Source: Camelus ferus
Taxonomy: Eukaryota
Length of the DNA: 64,000 nt
Assembly (NCBI RefSeq): GCF_009834535.1
Contig: NC_045727.1
Coordinates: forward strand, 10,292,001-10,356,000
Direction: 5' to 3'
Shown here in pieces: positions 1-22,500 of this stretch. Positions within the stretch are counted from its first letter, which is position 1, and every line of letters starts with the position of its first letter. The position numbers were made by a program, and so were the translations under genes. The notes below the pieces were generated by a model. That model had not been told where the DNA came from. It did no database searches and saw only the letters and a program-made list of their open reading frames with translations.

Positions 1-119
1 ATTACAGCTCAGGAAAGCCGTTTAAAAAGTGTGCTTGGGAACAGAGCAGGAAATGCCGGGCAGCCAGCCCCTTCATTGTTCACACTGCACAGAAGCAACA
101 GCTGGAAAACCGGTGTGAA

Positions 120-520
120 CCGTGCCTTCTCCAAAAACGTCAGAAGAAAACACAAGAAAACAAACCACAGACAAGACCAAGGTCAAACCCTCTCAAAGCT
201 ACTGTCAGGAGAACGAGGATACGGAGGATGGCATCCCCCTGACAACAAAAGCTAACCAGCGATACACCCCCAGAGATCAAACCTGCAATGATCTATTGCA
301 GAACAAGCTGAAAGACACTGAAAAAATACCATGAGGCATCTCAGGAAGTGAGATAAGGAAAAAGTAGAAAGAGAAATAATTGAGAAATGAAACGTAACCT
401 GGAAGGTGTGAATAAACAGCAGTGATGACTGAAGAAGTGGAGGAGGTGAGGGGAGAAACTTCTGAAAATCAGAAGCAAAGAAGAGAAGGAAAGGATCGGA
501 GAGAAAGGGACACATACTGA
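120..520 (+). mobile_element. Degraded A-rich L1M (ORF1-region-like) fragment
   Basis: A/G-rich strand bias typical of old L1; family assignment from memory only. Confidence 0.35.
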
Positions 521-604
521 AGACGGGCAGCCAGCTTGGGCAGACAGGGATGCCCATTCCCGAGGGTGTGAGCAGCCCACTCCGGGGTGGGGCGGGGAGG
601 CCGC

Positions 605-648
605 GCCCACCACCGACCACGCCCACCACCTGACCACGCCCACCACCT
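605..648. repeat. 16-17 bp tandem repeat gcccaccacc(t)gaccac x2.6
   Basis: Read directly from sequence. Confidence 0.85.
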
Positions 649-663
649 CAGCTGTGCCCACTA

Positions 664-12637
<11,974 letters not shown>

Positions 12638-12666
12638 GGCCACGGCAGCGGGACACCCCCAGCTCG

Positions 12667-12710
12667 CGCGGAAACCCTGAGAGCCCGGCGGCGGTCAAGA
12701 CTCCCGCCAA
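12667..12710 (-). promoter_or_regulatory. Two E2F-like sites upstream of the CDC45 ATG (TTTCCGCG at 12674-12667; TTGGCGGGA at 12710-12702)
   Basis: Match to E2F consensus TTTSSCGS/TTGGCGGGA; CDC45 is an established E2F target. Confidence 0.65.
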
Positions 12711-12725
12711 GCTAGGGATCTCCCG

Positions 12726-12775
12726 ATTGGCCCAGCGGTCAACCAACCGCGACTCAGTGCCTGCTTTCTGATTGG
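12726..12775. promoter_or_regulatory. Two CCAAT (NF-Y) boxes, ATTGG at 12726-12730 and 12771-12775
   Basis: Direct motif match next to the E2F-like sites. Confidence 0.55.
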
Positions 12776-13400
12776 GCTACGCTGGGGGCGGGCACTAGCG
12801 CTCCGCCATTCAGGTTGCAACAGCCCGTCCCGCCCCCAAAGGAACGTCATCGCCCGGCAGGACTTACTCGCGGATGCGCAATTCAACTCTGACGCCCTTT
12901 ACCCAGAAACCCAACGCTTGGCGGACGTCTTTATTTGGGGAAGAGAACCACGCTGCCTCCCAATGGGGCCTTTAGGGAAAAGAAACCTCAACACAAATTA
13001 AATTCATGTATACATCAAAGGAGGGCGTCAGATTAGGATTTCAGTGGGCTCTCGGCCTAGCTCGAAGGCGGAAGTGGGTCTTACTTCCGCCCGAGTCCTC
13101 GATGGCTGCAGCAGAGGCGGGCGTCTGCGTGCATTCTGGGTAGTGTAGGCAGCGAGGGGAATGCCCCGCCCCATATCTGCCTGGAGGTGAGCGCTGTCCA
13201 ACTGTAATCCTAAATAATCATGCAAGGTACTCAAGAGTGCACAAAAATTAGGGAAGAGTGCTTGAGCGCTTTCTCCGGAGAAACCTTGGACCCTCAAGCC
13301 TCTGCCTGGCTTTCTCTCTTTGGCAGCAGAGCCCAGTGCGCACGTCTCCCCGGAAGTGCAGCTCCGACACTTCCGTTTGAGCCCTCGGGCGTCCGCGCTA

Positions 13401-13467
13401 GGAGGCGGCGGCGGCTGTGAGGAGGAGGAGGGAGGAGGAGGAAGGAGGCGGCGGCGGCGGCGGCGGC
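13401..13467 (+). repeat. (GGA)n/(GGC)7 trinucleotide tract in the UFD1 leader
   Basis: Read directly; (GGC)7 at 13447-13467. Confidence 0.9.
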
Positions 13468-13529
13468 TGTGGCTGCTCCCACCACAACGTTCCCTGGCGA
13501 CGCGCTCCTGCGAGGCCGCGGCGTCCACC

Positions 13530-13532
13530 ATG
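13530..13532 (+). CDS. UFD1: UFD1 exon 1 coding part (ATG only)
   Basis: TCCACC-ATG-GTGAGC; phase 0 into exon 2 (TTC = F2). Confidence 0.9.
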
Positions 13533-16500
13533 GTGAGCGGCGAGGCGGGCCGGGTCCGGGGCGGGCCGAGGCCCGGCGGGCTGACGTGGTGGCCGCGGAG
13601 GTGCCGAGTCACCGGCCTGAGGCCTCCCGGGCTGAGCGCGTCGCCCGCCCTGTCTCGCGGGTGTAGCCCCGCGACGGCTTCCCGCGAACCTCGGGTGGAC
13701 TAGAGGGGTGTTGGGGCGCGGGGAGAGCGCGCGGCGCCTGGGTTCGCGAGCTCAGCCCCTCGGGCCCCGCGATGTCCTTGGCGGCAGGGAGGGCGGCCGC
13801 CGAGTTGGCTGCGGGGACCCTAGCCCAGGCTCGGCCCGGCGGGCGGCATCGCCTCGGGTCGCGGGCTTATTTTGTTGAGCTTCTCCTGAGTGTGTCAGGG
13901 TCTGTTCACACTTCCCGTCTCCGGCTCCGCATTCATTGGGCTGAGTGCCTGGTGTGCGCCGGGCGGGGGAGTGGGTCTCTGGAGCCGCGCGGGAGGCTGG
14001 AGATTAGGTTCGTGGGCTGCTCGAAGGCAGGTTGGTGCCGGCTGTTAAATTCACGGTGTGCGTTTTCCTTTTGCGAAGGAGAAGAAGGGCTTAGACGAGG
14101 GTGGGAGGTGGTGAGGAGCCCCGACCTAGAAGCGCTGTTCACCTGTTATGCTTCTGGCCAAGATTTTGCTGAACAGAGTTCTCCTCCAAAGAAAGGGAGA
14201 CGCAGATTTGAAAAGTACTATGCTAGCGCTCCAGGGAGTGAAGAACTAAGAATTTTAGCTGGAGCGTGCTGAATTTGCATTTCTGGGAGACAACTGGTCC
14301 AGCTTGCTAATTTTGGAATTGCTAGTGAATTGTCTTACCAGTAGACGACTTTCCTTTTACTTAATATACATTTGGAATCAAGTCAAGAAATGTTTGCCTA
14401 TTAAAAATTTTTTTCACTTGTGAAAAGCCTATAACATGAATTTGCCACCTTAACCATTTTTAAGTGTGGAGTTCAGTGTTCAGCATGTTCACATTCCTGT
14501 GTAGAACTTTTACATCCACAACTTTTCATCTGAAAAAACTGAAACTNNNNNNNNNNNNNNNNNNNNNNNNNNNNNNNNNNNNNNNNNNNNNNNNNNNNNN
14601 NNNNNNNNNNNNNNNNNNNNNNNNNNNNNNNNNNNNNNNNNNNNNNNNNNNNNNNNNNNNNNNNNNNNNNNNNNNNNNTATTCCACTGAGCATAGTGTCC
14701 TCAAAGGTCGTGACTATTGTAGCATGTGTTGGAATTTCCTTCCTTTTTAGGGCTGAACAATATTCCATTGTATGGTTGGACCATGTTTTCTTTATTCATT
14801 CATCTGTCAATGGATGTTTGGATTGTTTCCAGCTCTTGGCTGTTGTGAACAGTAGTGCTGTAAACAGTACTGCTGTGAATATGGGTGTACAAATAGATCT
14901 TTAAGACCCTGCTCCCAATTTTTTTGGATCTATACCCTATTGTGTAATTTTATATCCTTTTTTTTTTTGAAACGTCATAAAAATTGTAATTATCTAAGAC
15001 CTTGGATTGCTGGGTAACATGTTTTCTAAGCCTCCTCGCAATCTGCAGTTTAAGAGCTTGGATCCTACCCTTGTGATAGGACCGCATCTTGGCTTTGCTT
15101 ATGTGTAGGCAGGAGTAGCCAGATGTGGCTCAGTGAGAGAGTGCTGTGGAGGTGCACTGGCCCTGACCCCAGGCAGAGCAGGGAAGTTCTTAGGGAAAGG
15201 AAATGCTGGTCCTGGGAGCCAGAGGAAAGGGTGGGGGTCTGCTCTGCAGATTCCTTTCCTCACCCACTGAAAAAGCACTCCCAGGAGCTCTTTGTCCCTT
15301 ACCTGCTCTTGTTCTCAGAATACTGACATGCAGACAGTTCTTTCTGGATCATTTCCCTTGTCTTGAATGTCGGCTCTGCCAGGGCAGAGGTTGTACTTGT
15401 TTTGTTAGTGAGCAAACATCATTAGAGTGAAGTTTCCCTGGTCTGAGAGATCAGAGCCTGGCAGATACTGGGCATTCATCAATATTCAATGAGGAGAGGA
15501 AAGTGGTCCAGGCAGGAGATACAGCCCGGTGCGGGCATGGCAGCTGTAGGCAGTTGTGGGGCCCTCAGTGACCGGTCCCTGAGCTAGCGCGAGGTGTGGC
15601 CTCGATGAGGAGGTGGGGGCTAAAAGAGGTTAAGGACAGGCTCAATGGGGTTACGTTTATAGTTTAGTAAGGTCATGCCATCTGCCAACAGTGGAGATGG
15701 GGTTCGCAGGAGAAGACTGGGAGTGATGGCCCGGTGGAGGCAGAGAGGAAATGCTCCCCTGTTTTGCGTTAACATGGCATTTCTCTCCACCTAGTTCTCC
15801 TTCAACATGTTTGACCATCCGATTCCCCGGGTCTTCCAGAACCGCTTCTCCACGCAGTACCGTTGCTTCTCCGTGTCCATGCTCGCCGGGCCTAATGACA
15901 GGTCAGATGTGGAGAAAGGAGGGAAGAGTATGTGCCGTTTTTATTTTGAATTGTAACCTCCCTGCCCTCAGCCTGCAGTGCCCGTAGCTCCCCCTCCCTG
16001 CTCTGCACCTGTGACAGAAGCTAGGTCAAGGGCCACTTGCCCCAGACTTGCTAGGGGGTGGGGATTGGGGGATAGTCTGAATTATGGTGAGATTCATGGC
16101 TGATGGTCATTCATCCCACCAAGTAAATTACAGCCAGTAGCATTCTTGACGAAAGATGGTCGTGAAACTCTGCCTCCCTGCTAGTATCGTCAGTGCTTTC
16201 CCTTAGGGGTAACAGGGTGCACTTTGCCTTTTGTTCTGTCCTTTTAGTTTTTGTTTCTTAATGTTTCTTAAATGTTCTTTCCACAGTAATTATGCCACCC
16301 TCAGCCCTCGACCAGCTCAGTAAGTACTTCCTACGAGATTTGAGAACTGAGGTAACGAAAAGGTGGGCACCAGGAACTGGCCCGGGTCCTGGGTGTGTCC
16401 TTCAGCGCGCCTGGTGGGAATCATCCCTGGAGGGTGCTTACTGGGCTGGGAGAGCCGGGGCCACTGGTGCCCCAGTGAGGAGGTGGTTGGTGGCAGCCAG

Positions 16501-19500
16501 TGGGCACTCAGCTCGAGGTCCACCCCTCTGATCCCCTCCCTGGGTCCTGTCGGGTCTGAAGGTGTGGGCTCCGGGCAGCAGATGCTGTTGGCTGGGCTTA
16601 GGACGTTTTCCCCTGAAGGACAGTGGTACAGCTAGCTTGTTGTTTCCCTGAGCATCTTTCCTCTGCTCTAGCCGCAGTTCTGACCCCTCTGCCCCAGGAG
16701 CTGCTCTCCTCTCGGGTCCTGTCTCTTAGCAGGAGTGGGAAAGGCCCAGGGGCTGTGAGATTTCCATGCTTTTCTCTTTCCCCAACCCTCTCATCCCTTA
16801 CACCCCTGTCCCACTCCACCTGGACTGGGAAAACCCCCACCATGGGTGCATCATTGCCTTCAAGACTTGGGGGTCTTTTCAGTGTGAGTTCCAAGGCAGG
16901 AGACTTGGAGCCCACTGTGGGGGTAGGTCCACACTCAATGCCTGGTGCGCATAGGGCAGCGCGGTGGGCTGGGCACTGGCTTGGGTGCTGCTCTGGTTTG
17001 GGCTTTGCCCAGCCTGACTCTAGGCTGGTAACTCTGAACCTCAGAGTCCTCATCTTTAATCAGGGACATACAGTGCTGTGGGAACTGCTTTGTGGTGGGA
17101 GTCCCTCTTAGACGGTGCCCTGTGGTGTACACTGCCCAAGGCCGCGTGATGCCCAGCAGGACATGGCCTTCAGTCACCAGGGCTTAACTGGTGCCTCCAG
17201 CAGTGGCTACACCCACCGGAGGCCTTAATTCTGCCTCAGTCCAGCCGGAGGGCAGATGGAGCCGCGTGCGCGGGGGTCATCACAGCCCTCAGGCAGGCCC
17301 CTGTCCTCCCAGAGGAGGGAGCAGGGCTGCCAGGGGGCCTGCCTTGTGGGTGGAGCTGCCCCAGGAGCTAAAACCAGGTGTGATTGGTGGCAAGTCTGAA
17401 AAGAGACTTTGGGATCAGGACAGTGGGGCTTAGGTCAGTGCTGCTCAGACCTCAGAAGTAACGGAAGAAACTTTGTCCAAGGGGTGAGAAATTAAATTAC
17501 AAGTAAGGCAGCTGCTCAGGTTGGAGGAAGTCAGGGGGTGCAGAGGGCTCAGGCACCCCAAGGCACCTCTCTAAATCCCAATGCAGTTTGAACACGACTG
17601 GACTGAGGAACACGGGGTTCTCTTCCAAGGGCAAGAATCTTGGACCCTTGGCTGGAGCCTGGTCCAGTTCACCCTGACCGACCTCGGTTCCGCTCCATGG
17701 CTCTACAGCTGGGAGGCGCCCTGGGGGTGGGGGCCTGGCGTCTTGTCCGAGTCACGTTGGTGGTGGGGGAACACCTGTGCCCACTGCTGACTGCGCTGAG
17801 GCGTCCCTGAACCGTGGCCTCCCGCCCAGGCTCATTACCTGGCCTGCTTCACTTGAGTTTTTAGGGAGACCCCATACATTGTCTGCCATTCCTTTTGCCA
17901 CTGAGTGGGGCTTCTGTCTCCATGTTTGCCTAAACCAACAGGCTGAAGTCGGCCTCCGTGGTTCAGCCCTAGACCTGGGCCAGCACCCTGGGCTGGCTCC
18001 TGGCTTATCGGCTCCTGGTCCCCGTGGTCCTGGGCGTGCAGCCAAAGCTGCAGGCCTTAGTTCACCATAGATGTAGGGAGGAAAACAGTGCACCTCACTG
18101 TTCCAGGAAGACCGAGCCAGGGCCTGGCACAGTCATGTCCATCTGTCTAGCCCCCTCCCCCAGGTTCCTGCCTCGCGTCGCCAGCCCCTCCTTTCTGTAC
18201 CCCTGCCCTCCAGAATCAGCCTACTGCCAGCACAGCGCAGGTCCTGCTCTGGTGGGGGCCGCTTCCCAGGGGAGGGTGCTGGGGGACAGGGCTTCTCTCC
18301 CTCAGAGGAGCTGAGCCTCGGACCTCGCCCTTCTGTTTAGGCCGACTTAACATCACCTACCCCATGCTATTCAAGCTGACCAACAAGAACTCAGACCGCA
18401 TGACGCACTGTGGTGTGCTGGAGTTTGTGGCTGACGAAGGCATCTGCTACCTCCCGCACTGGGTGAGTGGGGCCCCCCTCAGGGTCTGCCCACCGTCTGT
18501 CATGTGGACTAGTGCCTCGCCTCGAAAGCCATGTGTGGCTTCGGGCACATGGGGCCCTGGTGCTGGGGGACAGCCTTCTCTTTGCTGGTTGCTTCGCTGG
18601 TAGAAATCTAGAAACCGCGGCCCTGCTGTTACACTGCTATTTCCTGGTTCAGCTGGATTTTAAACTGATGGAGCAGGAGCATGAGCATTTTTAAAGTGGT
18701 CCAAGCACAGAGTTTTTTACTTATGTTTTCTCCACACTTCAGTAGTTTGTTCCCTGGTTCTGTCACTGTGTGTATGTGTGCACATGTGTGCAAACACGCC
18801 TTTAACAGAGTCTGTCCAGAGCACGCAGCTTTGTTGCCATGGGAATGAAGCCTCTCTGCACCCAGGCTGGCCTGGTGGTGCCTCCACTCCAGAGAGCCAG
18901 AGAGGCCAGCACTGTATGGAGGGGCCTGCTGTGACCACAAGTCTGCATGGCTGGGTGGGGCAGGCAGGGCTGCGGCATCTCCTCAGTGTGAGGTGCCCCC
19001 ATCTGCCCTCCTCTGTCGTGGGCCAGGGCGTGTCCCCCATGCGTGATGAGCTGTGGTCCCTTTGACCTTCAGCACTGTTTTCTGTAAATGCTAGCACCTG
19101 TCAGCACTGTAGGTGTCTTTGAGGTACCTGAGGCCCTTCTCTTAATAAGGTCTCATGCAGAAACCTGGTTTCTGGGACAGTTTAAGAGGGAGGGGTTCTG
19201 GAAAGCCCTCGGCGGGGACCGTGTGTCCTCTCGTGCGGTCTTGGGTCAGCCGTGGTCAGGGACTGCTTGGTGGTGGGTCTGGGAACGTGGCCTGAGGCAA
19301 ATGTGAAGCTGGACCCCACCCCTTCTGCACAGCAAGCCTCTCCTGTCACAGTGATTGCCAGACTTACAGAGGAGTGGCCCTGACTCGTATCTTGAGATTA
19401 AATATGTACAGAAGTTTGAAGCCTCCTTCTTCCCTGTGGTGGTGACCTCGCCCACTTCCTCTGGAGCTGGCCGTTCCCCTCTAGAGCCTGGGTCCTTCCC

Positions 19501-22500
19501 AAGCGTGTGGCCCCACTGGCCTCTCCTGTGCTGCTTCCTTGACTCCTGGGGAACCCTGAGTCATGCCTCAAAGCCCAAACATGACCCGCTTCCCTGCCTG
19601 CATTCCCTCCTGTGTCTGTAGGTGCCTCCAGTGAGCACGGCCTGGTCTCACCCACTTGTGGGGCACCGTGGGTGGCTGCAGTGTTGGGTGATGACAAATT
19701 CCCCAGGACCCTCTGTGGCCCATCCTTAGTGAAAGCCAAGGTGGGGATGCTGAGGGGACACTTTTCCTTGAAGGCTCTCTCTCCAGCCCATAGACTTGGT
19801 GTTTGGCGGCCCCTTGCCCAGGCTTGCAGATCACTTAGAACCAGAAAGCTAGTTGAATCTTTGAAACAGCCTGGGAAGCCTCTTTGGGTGGTGTGGAGCT
19901 GCCTGCCCGCCTCTTCCTGGGCTGGCCTTCAAGCTCTTGGTGAGAGCAGAGACTGCCTGGGGTTTCCCAAGTGCTGTCACGGAGCTGACCCCAGGGTCCC
20001 CCGGCCCCCAGTGGGCATATGAGAAGGTGTGTTCTGGGGGCTGATTCGCAAGCTCCACCCACTCTGAGCTCCAGGCAGCCCTTGTGGACTTGCCAGCAGC
20101 TGGGCGATGGTGGACGGACCAGGTCAGCTACGGCCCAGTGGCCGTGGAAGCTGGGGTGGGTGCAGGGCAGCTCAGAAGTGCAAGGGCTGCTTCCCTATGG
20201 AAACGCTCCACTCCAGGAGGCCTGGAGTGGGTGGGTGAGCCGCACCCTCTTGTGACCAGCCTCTTCAGAGGCGTGCACGCTGCTGCCCACAACAGCCTCG
20301 GCCACACCCCTTACTGTGTTCCTGTCTGCTTCCTCCTTCAGATGATGCAGAATCTGTTGCTGGAGGAAGGGGGCCTGGTTCAGGTGGAGAGCGTCAACCT
20401 ACAGGTGGCCACATACTCCAAGTTCCAGCCCCAGAGCCCCGACTTCCTGGACATCACCAACCCCAAGGCCGTGTATCCTTCTGAGACAAGACAGGTTAAG
20501 GGAAGCTGTGCCGGTGGTGGCGGTCGACCCTGAGCACTGAGTTGAGCGTGTGCCTGCTCTGGGGGCCACACCTCACCGTGATTAATTGACAGTGTGTTGT
20601 GAGAGCCACGGCTTTGGACTAGCACATCCACCGCTGCTTGGGGCGGACTAGTGAGCTGGGCGCTCTGGAAGCCTCTTTGGGCCGCTCTCCGGACGCTTCC
20701 TGGGGACAGGGATCAGTGGCTCTGGCACACAGCCCAGTGTGTTCCAGTGGGAGGGTGGCTCTCTGCCTCTTACCCCTCTGCTCAGCCTCACTTTTTACCC
20801 AGCAAGGGGAGTGCTGGCTCCGTACGTTTTCTCTCTCGGCAAGAGGAAAGCATAGGTTTCCGGTTCTAGTGATTTTGTGTGTTCTCTGCACGTAAGCCAG
20901 CGTGTGTGTGTGTGATTTCAGGAGTGACCAGTGTGGGCGGAGGTGCTGTGTTCTGGGATTGAGGTCTCCAGCTTACAGCCCCAGTTTGGCTTGTTGTGAT
21001 CACATTACAGAGCAGTCACTCCACCACCCATTTATTTTTAAAAAGGCACGCTTGGAAAAGCACAGTTAAATAGCACAGACAGTTAAAGAACAGCTGCCTC
21101 CACACACCCACCCCCCACTCCTCCTCCCCCCGCCCTCTGTCCCCGGGCTGGAGCCAGGAGCAAGTGGCTGCTGCCACGTCCCGGACACCACTGGGCTGTG
21201 TGGAGTCCTCACTGGCCGAGTCCTGGGACAGGCATGTCGAGTCCCCTATATTGGATATGAGGGGCCGTTGGGGCTGTGCTCCCGGTGGGCAGGACCAATT
21301 CCCATGTCCGGGGTGGGGCCTGCCTTGGCCCATAGCCCCAGCAGTGGTCTCCTGGTGTGAGATCCGGGCTTGATATTCTTCCACACATGTCGCGTGCTGA
21401 CTCCCCAGGGTGCCTTCAGAGACTGTCTCTCAGCACAGTTCCATGCTACTCTGAAGAAGGCTGCAGGGCTCCCTTGTCTGGCTGAGGGTCTGGATAAAGG
21501 CAGCCCTAGCACAGAGTGGAGGAGGCAGGGGCCATGCAGAGCATGATGTGGGAGCCAGCTCTGCCCCCAGAGGCCAGGTGGGCTGCGTCTGACGGCTTAG
21601 GGGTCACCAGGAGTCGAGGGAAGGGCACCCCTGCAGCTGGCATTTCTTGCCAGGGGGCAGAGACAAGGTGCCACTCCAGACTCTTCTCAAAGCTGTCATT
21701 GGCCCAGGCCTTTTGATGGAGAGAGGTGAATGCAGACCCTGGCCCTTCCTCCCTCTGGTTACGCTCGGACCCTCCCCTAGTCGGGCCACATCACAGTGGC
21801 AGGCCTGGAGCCACGTTTTATGTTTGACCTTTCTATTTAAAACAGTTTTGCAAATTGTTGAGGACGACATGGTTAAAGTATTCCACAAGATTAAGCATTA
21901 TTCTTTTGTCTGGGGTTTTGGGTTATTCAGTTTTTGAGAATTTATTACTTACTATTATGAAAAGGGCTTACAAGCCATTTTTTCCTTTTAAGTCTTTATC
22001 TTGAGACATGCCTCTAACGTTGGGTTAACTCCCAAAAGGTAGGAACAACAAAAGTGTAAATGAAAACATCCTTGCTTTTGAGGGGGCCTGTCTGTGGTTT
22101 CTTCAGTCTTTTGTTCCTATATTCCCATAGGATTTTCAAAATCGGCTCATTGAGGTGTAATTTACAGACAGTGAAATTCACAGTTGAGCAGGTTTGACAG
22201 CTGTGCACCCCCTGTAGCCAGAACGTGGCCGTCCACTGACCCCTGGCCCCAAAGCCTCCTTCTGCTCCCCCCTCAGAGATGCGTCTTTCCAGGGTTGGGG
22301 AGGGGTCTTGCCACTCTGGCTGGTTCTTTCCCTGAGGTGAGGGTGGATCTCAGGCATAGATGTGTGTTAGGAGCTGCTGCCTCCTCGTGCTGAGAGGTAG
22401 CCACATGTGTTGAGCCCCAGCCAGGCACTGTCCGTCCGGCACACAGTGACTGGGGTCCTCCAGTCCCCTCATAGAAACCCATCTCAGATTTTAGTTGTCC

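Noticed and set aside
12638-12643. Extended CDC45 start (MAMFV...) in the ORF track
   Set aside because: The upstream codon is GTG; the ATG at 12637 has a strong Kozak context and matches orthologs.
14547-14678. N-gap in UFD1 intron 1 as a hidden exon
   Set aside because: Both flanks are continuous L1 3'-end sequence and the UFD1 CDS is complete without it.
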